A stretch of DNA of 50,045 nucleotides, the filler included, from Catajapyx aquilonaris (lineage: Eukaryota): the NCBI GenBank assembly GCA_000934665.2. It is 3 parts of 3 records of this genome, joined end to end, with 100 filler letters (N's around TTAATTAATTAA, not from the genome) between each part and the next. Parts side by side here need not be neighbours in the genome. Positions count along the whole stretch, not along the records: positions 1 to 16,128 come from KZ539665.1; 2 more parts are not named here. One strand, 5' to 3'. The notes beneath the pieces are model-generated. The model ran no database searches and was not told the origin of the DNA. It was given only the letters and a program-made list of their open reading frames with translations. The translations under genes and the position numbers were made by a program. Position 1 is the first letter of the stretch. Each line of letters begins with the position of its first letter. Shown here piece by piece: positions 1 to 10,679 of the stretch.

Positions 1-545
1 AGGGGGGTGAGGAGATGAGAACGTGGGTAAGGCAGGAGGAGCACCAGCATAACTGATGGAAATTCAAAGTAAAAAGTCATCCGTGTTAAAAATGCCGCAT
101 CTGGTCAGCAGCAGCAGACTTCGTGAAAATATTTTTTTTTTGAGCATTTAGACTCAAAAAAGTGCAGTTTTCATATTTATTCTGGTGTTTGTTTGACAAG
201 ATCTACCAGCATACCAAATTTCAGCACCCTAGGACCACTGGAAGTTACGTATAATTTTGATGATCAGTGAGTCAGTCAGTGAGTCAGTCAGTCAGTGAGT
301 GTCATATTTTGGCCGTTTCGGGAGTTTTTAGGATTTTTAAAGTCGAAAATGAAAAGAGATATGAACATGGAAGTAAAGGGGTATTATTTTTAATCGATAT
401 TTATCTACCCAAATAAAATTTTTGAAGCCACGTATGTTCACCAGTGCGAAGATTCGAGGGGGTCAAAATGACGTGAGTTGTGTCGGGTAAAGGTGGTCCG
501 GCAGTGCGGCGAGAACTTGGCGGGGGCACTGCCGTGCCCCCTAAT
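1..545 (+). mobile_element. End of a non-autonomous Helitron/Helentron-associated (HINE/DINE-like) element
   Basis: (TCAG/TGAG)n microsatellite at about 264-300 and a terminal GC hairpin gggggcac-tgcc-gtgccccc at 522-541. This architecture is typical of insect HINE-like elements. Confidence 0.55.
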
Positions 546-694
546 CTGATATATGATAATCTGGCCTGGAGAGACGGTATGGCCTTTTGTTTGAAGGCAA
601 GTTCCGCGCCGGCAGCTGCGGCGTCTTCACCCGGCCATCATACTGCCCCCACGGGAGAACACTGGAGAGTCCGAAGCACGGTCCGAAGCCTTCC

Positions 695-1335
695 GCCTTG
701 CACTTTGAATGTAGGCATGAAGCCCCCTTCTCTTACAACGTTGGCCCCAAAAGATGTCATCTGGAAGGCCGAATTGTAATTTCCGATGGTCTTCAAAGGA
801 AATGTTTTGAATTAGGTGATGTACCTAAGAGGAGCATTTTAAGGAGCTGTGGAGGCTCAGCCAGGAGAGGAAGGGTAACCTTTCCACACTGGAGCAACAT
901 ATCGATTTTGTTTCACCCTTCCACTTCTTTGCCCTGACAGTGTTGGCATACCTCTGACATGGGACCAACTGCAACAACATCGACAGAAGAATAGTCAATG
1001 TCTGCTGAGTAGTGGAAAGCGGCATTTAGGAGAAGGGTACATGAAAAAGGAACTAATTTCCGGCTGATGGCCGCGTTTCTCAAAGAGTGGAGCTTGGCTT
1101 GGTTTTCTTCAGCAGACTCATTTTGTCTGCTGGCGGAGTGTCTGGCGGCATCAGCACAGGGACGGGCCTGACGTAGCACCTCACTCTCCTGCTCTTTTTT
1201 CTTCTTCGAATAGCTGGTAGCTTGAGCACTCAGACGTGCCTGGTGTTCTTCCTCAGTCTCTTGGTCCCTCCTTTGCCGAACTCTGTGTGTATGCGATGAG
1301 CTTCTGCCAATGTTACTACGTTTTTTAGGGCCCAT
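695..1335 (-). pseudogene. Helitron Rep/helicase N-terminal fragment, frameshifted
   Basis: Reading across three frameshifts gives AAFHYSADIDYSS..VGPMSEVCQHC / AKKWKGETKSICCSS / GKVTLPLLAEPPQLLKMLLLGTSPNSKHF / LKTIGNYNSAFQMTSFGANVVREGGFMPTFKVQG. This is the characteristic Zn-finger and YNSAFQMTSFG region of Helitron RepHel. Confidence 0.9.
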
Positions 1336-1844
1336 TTTAAAGTAGGTGGGGTGTTGACACAGATAATGTACACCGGTAGGGTGCAGGGACTGAATGTAGT
1401 AGTGAACAGTGTTATGGTATGTGGAAAAGCATTGAGAATGTGGAGGTTAAAAAGTTGCAAAGCTTAAAAAACAAACAAATGCAAAACAATTGAAAGCAAG
1501 GATATAACTACATGTCACAGTACATATACCACACCTTATACGTACGTTATACCATTATACACGAAATGGTATTATACCATAATACACATTATACCACACC
1601 TTATACCATTATAAGTGTTTGTGGAGAGTCCATCACAAAACACGAAAGATGACACAAAACTGTGAAGCAAGTGGCAAGGAGTTTCAAACTGCAGAAAGTG
1701 CAGGCAAACTTCTAACGATGTCGGTGGGGTGTGGAGTAGATTGAGTGGAGGGGGGGAGGGGGGAGAGAGAGCAATAGTTGCGTACTCTAATAAAGTACGA
1801 CCAAAATCGGACCAGCATCTACCAAACTCTGCACCATAGGCAGA

Positions 1845-2385
1845 ACAATAAATAGCAATGAAACACCAACAAAACTCTGAATACTATGAACAATGCAATG
1901 GAAAAATAGCAATGGAAGACCAACCAAATTGTGAGCACTGTTAACAATAATGTAAACTAAATAGTAGCAATTCGAACGCCAACCAGGAAATGCATAATTT
2001 GAACAATGCAATGAGAAAATAGCAGTGGAACACAGACTAAATTGTGAATAATGTGAAAAGTGAATAGTGATATGGAAAAATGGCAATGTAACATCAACAA
2101 ACTGTGAACACTGTTAACACTAACCAGAACAGAATAGTAGCAATCGAACACGAACCAAATTGCGAGCACTCTTAACAATAATTAAAACTCAATAATAGCA
2201 ATTCGAACAACACCAACCAGAAAATGAATATTGAGAACAATGCAATGGGAAAAAAGCAATCGAACACAAACTAAAATGTGAATAATGTGTACAGTGCTAT
2301 GGAAAAATGGAAAGAGAGAACCAAGAAACTGAACACTGTCAATAACCTGAACAAAATAATAGCAATGGTACACCAACCAAAGCCC
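1845..2385. repeat. Degenerate ~58-bp minisatellite with ~232-bp higher-order period, inside the Helitron
   Basis: Recurring aatagcaat.gaacaccaaccaaattgtga units. 1926-2054 aligns with 2157-2289. Confidence 0.75.
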
Positions 2386-3151
2386 GACCACAGTCAGGGG
2401 GCAAGGAACGGGAGGGGTGAAGGAAGAGCGTATGGGGGTGTCTATGGACAGCTGATCTCAGTCGACCCCAATCCGGACAAAGACCTCCACCCGTACAGCC
2501 GTACTGCTATGTTCTAAAGGAGAGAGACCTAACCTACTACCTGATCGCTTTGAGAGTTTCAGCCAGACTGGCTGAGTTTAGATTTTTGGAACAGGTTGTT
2601 AACTTGGAAGGAGGGCTGTTGTCCTGGCAACTTGTTGGTTTCCTCCCCCTCCCCCCATTTCTTTATTTCGATCGAAAACGATTTTTTAAAAATGTGTTTG
2701 TAACAAATGAAATGTCGAAAGTTTAATGAAGGAGGGGATGGTGGGAGGGAGGGAGAGGGTGGCTGGGTGTGGGTAAGAGGGTGGGGGCATGTGACAGGAG
2801 GGGGCAGGCGGATGGAGGAGTTGATGGGAAGGGGGGGACGGGGTGGAAGTGGCAGCAGGGGGAGCGATCTGACCCATTCGGCCTTGAGAGAAGGGAAGGA
2901 CGGTTTCCTCGGTAACTGCACAGGAGCTGTTTATACCACAATGCGCATAATTAGAACAGGGGGCCAATGTCCCAAAGTCCTTTCCGCCTCCTGTGGCCAA
3001 GGATGACCTCGGAGGTCAATTCCAATGTGCTTAAAACCTTCCCAGTAAAAAACTACCCCTAGTGATACCCCTGGGGCATATGTCGAGGCCTCCGTATGGA
3101 TCTGATGAGGTCACAAGGGGACAGACATACGTCGAGAAATATGTATTAGAA

Positions 3152-3270
<119 letters not shown>

Positions 3271-3545
3271 CATCCCCAACATGGCTCAACACCGGAGACT
3301 CATTTTTACATAGTTTTATATGGTTTTTTAAATATTTATATGTGTGTATTGTGCGTGTGTTTGTGTATCTGTATGTATTCATGTCATCCTTTTCATTATC
3401 ATCCTATTCATTATATCCTCTGCGTGGCCTGACCAGTCACCAGAGGATTCATTATACTGGTCGTTCGAGATGTCCAGGTGGACTGTAAGGCCTACCTGGT
3501 CATCGCTGGTAACCCCATCTTGATGGGAATATGCCGTGAAGGAAA

Positions 3546-3582
3546 TGTATGTATGTATGTATGTATGTATGTATGTATGTAT

Positions 3583-3648
<66 letters not shown>
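3546..3648. repeat. Compound microsatellite (GTAT)n(TAT)n
   Basis: Seen directly. Confidence 0.98.
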
Positions 3649-5545
3649 GGGGTCATAAGTTAGTATTATATCACAGAACCTTAGTTTGCAGATTATTGTG
3701 TGTGTAGGTTTAGAGGATGCAAATTGGTTATTATTAAATGGACTTTGTCGGGGGGGAATCGTGGAGTATCTTTTAATATGTTAGGCTAGGCTCGAGGCTG
3801 CTATAATTATGTAGAATAAATAGTAGACATTGAGTTTACATAAATTGCACATTTATTGGGAATCCGACCCTATTTGTTGATACATTTTATCAAAAATTAG
3901 CAATGGAATGCATGAACAGCTCTTGAATTTGCTAATTTCTTTATGGGCGGAAGAGATCCAATAGGCCAAATGGTAGAATGGGGGATGGCATAGTTAAGAG
4001 AGCGGGGAATTGCTATCTTTACTGTTTCGAAGTAGCCACCAATTTGTCACATTCTTCAAGACCGAATTGACCACACTTTCGGAAAAAGAAAATATTCTAT
4101 GTGAACTTACTTTCCTGACAATGACTAACATATTTTATGCCCATTCCAATATGGCCCATACCATATGGAAATGTCACTTTTAAAATGACAAAAAAAATCA
4201 GTCAAAATCAAAATGTTCCAAAAAATAGTCACTGTGAGTTATGGATTTCAGGAAATGGAATTCATGAATAAGTATGGAACATACAGTATATAAATTGAAC
4301 ATATGCGTTATTGTGTTATTCCATCACATGAATTAGAATTTATAAACTATACTAAAAAAAATAAGGGCCAGAAAAGTGCCTGTTGCCCGTTGGCGCACAA
4401 TTCACTCACAGACAGCTGAAATCAGTAGTTGTACGGAAAAGACAATATCTCAGGAATGAGAACAAGGGAAAAGAAATACAAAAATAAGGAAAATTCGGTG
4501 AGAGGTACAGGACATCATTCGAAAATCGAGAAAGTTGTGCTGTACATTGTTACAATCATTACCTATACTCACCACTGCCATGACTGTTTATAACCAGTAC
4601 AGTTTTGTGGGTTTGTTGCATTTATAAGATGAGAGACAAAATTAATATATCAACCTGCAAGTAATATTGGCGTTAATTATTCAGAATGATTTGCCGCAGA
4701 GACATCTACGACGCGGTAATATTACTTACGCCAGATAATCTGAAAAATTAAGCATGGAATTTTCGAAGGAAATTTCTTTTCACTTACGATTCCTATGAAT
4801 CGGGTATGTGATATAGCAGGATACCCCTCAATTTTAGTGATTTGGGGTCATTTTGGCCGCAAACTCAAAATATTTTGGTTTAAATTTTTAAATATTATTA
4901 AAATATTTTGAATTACCTTATCTACTGAGGACCTCATCAAGATAATAAATTATATTGCACGTATTTTGGAGGGACAGTGTGTTCAAGAATAAATACCGTA
5001 TTTTGCTCTTGTTCTAACACAGTATAACATTAATATCATAGGCTAAACTTTCAATATTACTTGAACCTGTATATTTGATGGTCAAAATGACCTCACAGCA
5101 CTAGCCTGAGTTGCAGATTACCTAGAGGCGTTATTTAAAGTGGAACTGTGGAAACTAAGGCGAATGGGACTGGTCAGTGGTTGAATATTTTTACTGTATC
5201 ATGTAACTTAGGCGAATAGCTGTGACATCAGGTTAGAAATAGCTCCAACCCAAGGGGCTATAGACTTCGACGGAGGGGAAAAGGTAAAGGGATCATAATA
5301 TATTTAACCATCCCGCGTCATCCGAAAAAAAAAAACTACTGCGGAAGAAACACGACTAATAAAATTGTGCTGAGTTGTAACAATGCAGACTGTGTAGTAA
5401 TGACTTCTTATTTTACTGGCATTTTTTTACAATATCAATTCCCGCATGAGTGTGTCCACGTCTCTTTTTTTTCTTTTGCATTCCATCTGGCGAAGGGCAT
5501 GAAGCTACGATAGGCACACCTACGGTCCTCAGATGTTGAAAGCGA

Positions 5546-5582
5546 TTATTTAGAGGAGCCTTCTTCGTTGCTCACGTCTCTC
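5546..5582 (-). CDS. RYa: RYamide precursor terminal coding exon (RDVSNEEGSSK*)
   Basis: Acceptor ttatcattcgcag. Its phase 2 matches the previous exon, and TAA lies at 5548-5546. Confidence 0.8.
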
Positions 5583-8500
5583 CTGCGAATGATAATAGGC
5601 TATTATTTTCTGAAATTTCTGTGAAGGAACACCCTCATCATATACAATCCGTTTGTTTTTGTTGTATTAATTACGATCTATGATGGCTCTATATGCAGAG
5701 GGCAATGAAAACAACGAAGCAAACTGACTTTACTAACTTGTGTGTCACAATGAAAATTATCTTAATTTGACCCGAGGGGTTACACTTCAGGGGTGTGTAT
5801 AGAAATTCAGTCGCATGTTTCTCATGTTCTTTATGTACAGTAGGTATCATTATAGTGTTAGTTAATTTTCTGTAGTTTGAAAAAAAACGTAGTTTGCGTG
5901 GGTCTGTGAGGAGTTTTTGGATTGCATGTCATTCGAGTGATGGAGCGATGCCACAGTGTGTTTATTTACCCTTTTAGAAGTGATCAACCGTAAGAATTAG
6001 TCAAAGCATACTGCAAGGAAAGTCACAGACAAATATAAAATTGCCCATCACCTAGTACACCTGTAGATGTTTGTCACACCGGTGTAAATACATTCCAGCT
6101 GGGATCCTTCAAAAAATTCTGAGCCGACCTGTGGCAGAGGGTCTGAAAAGCAAAAAGAAATTATTACAAGCATCTAGAGCATCAGCCTGAGCTTATCTAG
6201 GCAGCATAATATGCTTGCCAGCAGGCTTTTAATGATCATTACAAGCATCTGATTTTGCTTCCTATACTGACTACAACATAGTGTGGCCCTCGCCGGGAAT
6301 CGAACCCGGTACCCAGCTGGTAAGTTATAAGACCAACTTTGCTCTACCATTGAGCTACGAGGGTACAAAATCATAGTAGTCGTTTACGAGAAGAAATACG
6401 GGCGATGATGGGTCGAAAGGTCACCTGCGATGGACACATCACTCCTCTTGCCATATCGCATCCCGCCGTAAAATTTGTCGGCGGTTCGTGTTTCGACATC
6501 CGGATCAGTGCGACCATATCTGCTGCCGCCCCAAAACTTGTCCGCTCCTCTCTCTGTCAAGAAAGAAGAAGAGATTGGTCCTTACAGCTTCATGTTACTG
6601 TGTATAAGCATATAAGGCAGAAAAAAGCCTGGCCGACGTCAATCTGGACAGCGTGATCGCTCTTAGCGGAAATCTTTTCACCTGTCAGAACCAGTCTTCC
6701 ATTAAACAGAGCTTGCCTCACTATGTTAAAAAACACTGCATTTGGGGTAACAGCCATCACACACGCATCACTAGATGCACCATGGGGGGAAAAATGCAAC
6801 ATGCACTATTTCAATAATGATTTTATGGGCAGGTGAAAAGGTCAGCAGTAGTTGCTTTGGGTATATAGCGTAGTATAGGGCAGGTTTGTGTTGATCTGAT
6901 AATGGCTACAAAATGATAATAAAAAAATGGCGTGAAATTATTATTGAGGAGTTGTCGAAACATATATCACCATATCCCATTTTCCCATTGGCATGTAATA
7001 CGTAGGTTGTATCTCTGATTTTGCTTCCTATATCGTAGGTTGTATTTTATTACGCGTGAATAGCTGAATAATGCCGGGGGAATGTGGGAAGGGCAGGGTG
7101 CAAATACTGTGCTATATTTGTTGTTTTCACAGGTTTATTGAGTAGAAAATTTTTATCTGACAGTTGAAGTAGGCGGCTTCAACATGCGTAACTGTGCAGC
7201 GTAAGTGCAGTCTAGCATGCACAACGGACATTAATGGTTCACTCCATTCTAGTTGCATGCTGGTACCAAGTAACTTTATTGCGCAGTGAATTTGTGAAAC
7301 GACAAAACAATTACCTAACAGCATCTTACAATTTTTGCGCGTAGCACTGTTTTTCTTACAATCATTTTTTCGTATACCAGCAACTTATGCGAATAAATTA
7401 TTGTTGAATAGTAAAAAAAGAAAAAAAACGAAACAATAGCTATTATAGCAGTTCACGTTGTCACCTTGATTTTTCGGGGGGGGGGGGGGGCGNNNNNNNN
7501 NNNNNNNNNNNNNNNNNNNNNNNNNNNNNNNNNNNNNNNNNNNNNNNNNNNNNNNNNNNNNNNNNNNNNNNNNNNNNNNNNNNNNNNNNNNNNNNNNNNN
7601 NNNNNNNNNNNNNNNNNNNNNNNNNNNNNNNNNNNNNNNNNNNNNNNNNNNNNNNNNNNNNNNNNNNNNNNNNNNNNNNNNNNNNNNNNNNNNNNNNNNN
7701 NNNNNNNNNNNNACCGCTCCTCTGCCCCCCCCCCCCTCCGCTACGCCACTGGTTCCAGGTAAACTCCGATATGCCCATTCGAAATGGCTGATATCACACA
7801 CGTGTTTTTCGCAAGTCCTCAGAGTTAACACATGCGTCAAGTTCCGTCCGCGCCAGCAGGGCGCCTTTGTTATTTGGATCTGATGGGTAGCACAACATGT
7901 GGGCCTTTCATAAACAGTCAGGAGGCAGTCTCGTAAAGTGACAGTGCTGTAGTGAGCAGATTTATTGTCCAGGGTAATAGGTAGCCATATAGGTAGCATG
8001 CCGTCCATGGAAACCCCCTTCAAAATTGGCGCAAAATTGGCCATCAACCCAGTTTCGCCTAGTTCCCGGTTGGCGGCGTGCGCGACTAGGAGCGGGCTGG
8101 GCTGGCGGGGCAGCTCATTAGCAGATGACGCAAATTCTGAGACTTTAACGTCTCGTCCTGGCTTTTGCGTTCCGCATAGAAAAAAACCGATTAAACCTTC
8201 GGAATAAGGATTTTCTGCTCGATTTTTAGAGCCCAACTTTTATTTTGAATGGAGTGTCCCTTTAAAGTTTCCAATGTTGTTCGACGAGGGAATACAAGGG
8301 ATGTTCCCACCTGATATATTTCAGGATGACAATATAGTTGCCTTTTTAGACGAAAAAATTGATTTAGATGAAGTAACATACTATTCATGAACATTTCAGT
8401 TTTATATTAAGTGAAATATTGTTCCATATTCCTCAGATAATTTGAAATATTGCTTTTGAGTTTTGACCCAATAAAAACTATAGAACTAGGCCCAACTCAG

Positions 8501-8635
8501 CTTACCTGCCACTGCATGATCGCCTCGTTTTCCGTATCGGACACTGGGGTAGAAATTCTGGGCAAAAGTAGGCGTCACAACGACTAGGGTAAGACCCAGA
8601 AGTACCGCAAACATCCAGAAGGGATGACGGAGCAT
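5546..8635 (-). CDS. RYa: RYamide (luqin-type) neuropeptide precursor, 4 coding exons join(8635-8506,6553-6425,6142-6052,5582-5546), 128 aa
   Basis: Manual splicing at GT-AG sites with matching phases (1,1,2) gives MLRHPFWMFAVLLGLTLVVVTPTFA-QNFYPSVRY-GKR-GDHAVAER-GADKFWGGSRY-GR-TDPDVETR-TADKFYGGMRY-GKR-SDVSIADPLPQVGSEFFEGSQLECIYTGVTNIYRCTRRDVSNEEGSSK*. It has a hydrophobic signal peptide, three F-x4-RY-G amidation units with basic cleavage sites, and the C-x10-C motif (CIYTGVTNIYRC) typical of RYamide/luqin precursors. Confidence 0.95.
6052..6142 (-). CDS. RYa: RYamide precursor coding exon 3: cysteine-pair domain
   Basis: Acceptor tttctttttgcttttcag and donor tag|gtgatg. 91 nt, phase 1-2. 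Encodes PLPQVGSEFFEGSQLECIYTGVTNIYRCT. Confidence 0.93.
6285..6364 (-). pseudogene. tRNA-like element (Ile-TAT-like pseudo-tRNA or SINE head) in an RYamide intron
   Basis: Minus strand reads accctcg-tagctcaatggtagagc...ccgggttcgattcccgg-cgagggc. A and B boxes, D arm and T arm are intact and 6/7 acceptor pairs form. The anticodon region (CTTATAA loop-like) is about 8 nt too long. Confidence 0.7.
6425..6553 (-). CDS. RYa: RYamide precursor coding exon 2: GADKFWGGSRYG and TADKFYGGMRYG paracopies
   Basis: Acceptor tcttcttctttcttgacag and donor cag|gtgacc. 129 nt, phase 1-1, open in frame. Confidence 0.95.
7493..7712. other. Assembly gap inside an RYamide intron
   Basis: Run of N. Confidence 0.99.
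7752..8265. mobile_element. Kolobok-like non-autonomous element end
   Basis: Terminus ...ggagtgtccct followed by TTAA (8262-8265). About 75 bp match, as reverse complement, the terminus at 16038-16115. AG-starting ends with a TTAA target fit Kolobok. Confidence 0.6.
8506..8635 (-). CDS. RYa: RYamide precursor coding exon 1: signal peptide + QNFYPSVRYGKR
   Basis: Acceptor ttctttcag ends at 8641 and the exon starts at 8640. ATG at 8635 in context gaaccATG. Donor cag|gtaagc at 8505. 130 coding nt, ends in phase 1. Confidence 0.95.
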
Positions 8636-10542
8636 GGTTCCTGAAAGAATGAGACACGACATTAATAAAATAAAGCAGTCACTGTGACTAAAAATGGAGA
8701 GTAACTAGGTTGTGTTCAAATATGTACCGGTGTACCATTGTTAACCTTTGGTTGAAATTTATTTGAAACCTCTTGGTACTTGGAAGAGTCAGGCGGAGCA
8801 GGGGAAGGAGGTGGACGTTTTGAATTATTTAGGCAGCAATAAGTTCATGGTGCAATGGCCACAAGAGAATAGAGGAAGAAACAAAGATGAGGCAGGGGGA
8901 GGGAGAGCGAGAGAAAAAAAAAGAAACTTCTCGGTGGCTTTGAATGCACAAATAGCAAGTATTTGAAGCAGAAGCAGCACCACCTGAGATTCTTCCCATC
9001 GACCTCCTAGTGCAATTACCGTGAACTTTTGGCATCTGCCTCCTTCCTGACCATCTTGAATGAATGGAAATGTACGGTATATTCTCTGTGCTTGTTTACG
9101 CAATATGTCACGAATTACTGGGTAAAAATATACCCGGTCGTATGTATCGTATGTATCGTATGTATAATATTTTCGTCGCTCATGGGAGAAACTTTTGCTT
9201 ATTACTTTATTCCCCCATCTTTCAGGTGGAATTGTTTGATTATCAGGGAGCCAGTAAATGACGTCTAATAAACAGAAGACTACAGTATAATATCCCGCGA
9301 CCAGTTTGAAATGAACAGTAGAACTACGTCGTACCCAGGAAATGAATTCAGTTCAATGCACCGTGATTATCGTATATAGCTGACTATTATTATACTGTTT
9401 GAAAACATTGCCGTAATTATTGCTGCGGCATATGTTATCTTTCATAAATTTTTCGCTTGAAACTACTGATCCAGAGTGGGCGTGCACCAATTACACCTGG
9501 TGCTGGTATTGGATAAGTTTACATTTCCAGCACCATGTCACATCGTAAATTATGAAATATACCGGAATAATATAATTATGATTTAGGGCATACAAATTGA
9601 TATCAAATCTAATAACACAGGCTTGCAAAATAACCCATAAAATGGCTTTGACTTTGAATAGTTATTATTGTTTCCACTCATGAACCCAATGAAAAAATAT
9701 TATTCCATATAGTCATATACTGTAATGTTTCCATCACGTCACATACACTGAAATAAAAAATTGAAAAAGGCAATTAAAACGTATACAAATTATGGGCTAC
9801 AATAGATTCATATAGGCTACTATCATTTACAAGTTGTTCTAAATAATTTAGCCTGAAATTATGTAGTTTTTAACATATCTGTAAAGAAAACAACAAAGCA
9901 TATTCATTGACTTACATAAAAAACTTTAAACATAAATATATACTTTTTTACATATTCCCTAACTTTTCTTTTGTCACTTTTTAATTTTTCTGTTCCAAAA
10001 CTTCGTCAGCAGGTGGCCTCTGTCTATTCTGGTTATATTATCACCTTATTATTAAAGAAAATATATATGTTGTTTCATACGTAGATTCTGATATTTGAAA
10101 ATATGAAATTCAAACAAATCATTAAAATGAAAAGTTGATATTTCCTTAATTAGAGTGTGAAAACGATAAAAACCTACAATTGAGGCGTTGACATAGGAAA
10201 GGGCGAAAGTCACAATGAGAAATGTGGCTCATAAAGAAAAAAAAAATAGCCTTTATTTAAATGGTAAGCTCACAAAATGCTTTTACTTTTACTTTTCATG
10301 ACTTTGTATAACAAATCCAACAACGATAAATATTTTGTGTAATAAAATGTGCTTTACAGTCTTCTCAAAATTGGTTTTTTGCCTAACGCCCTGCTAGCGC
10401 CTGTAAAAAAAATTTCATTAGTGACTTTCCCCTTTCCCAGCATGTCAACGCCTCAATTATTTACAGCCAAAAAAATGCTTTGTGAAAGCCTGATACGTGA
10501 TGGAATGAAATGGTATAATTCAAAAATTCAGCTTCCAAATGT

Positions 10543-10679
10543 ATATCCTCCTGAGACCTGATGTCCAATATATTGGACATCAGCAAAAATAAAAAATAAA
10601 AAATGGCGTCAATTTCAGTTGACGCATTTTTTTTTTTGCTGATGTCCAATATATTGGACATCAGGTCTCAGGAGGATAT
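10543..10679. mobile_element. Palindromic MITE (piggyBac-like CCTCC...GGAGG ends, ATAT flanks)
   Basis: Perfect inverted arms of about 47 bp including the flanks. Each arm holds a 26-bp internal palindrome ctgatgtccaatatattggacatcag. Confidence 0.8.

Noticed and set aside
1845..2385. CRISPR-like periodicity
   Set aside because: The units are degenerate tandem copies with no unique spacers, there are no cas genes, and the context is eukaryotic.
6285..6364. Functional tRNA-Ile(TAT) gene
   Set aside because: The anticodon/variable region is about 8 nt too long without a plausible intron, the first acceptor pair is mismatched, and no oligo-T terminator follows. Kept only as tRNA-like.
7725..7751. 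hAT-like terminus CGCTACGCCACTG
   Set aside because: The partner end and TSD are not visible, probably lost in the adjacent gap, so no element boundaries can be given.
7385..8236. 283-aa minus-strand ORF
   Set aside because: It spans an N gap and lies in transposon-like sequence inside an RYamide intron, with no recognisable motif.
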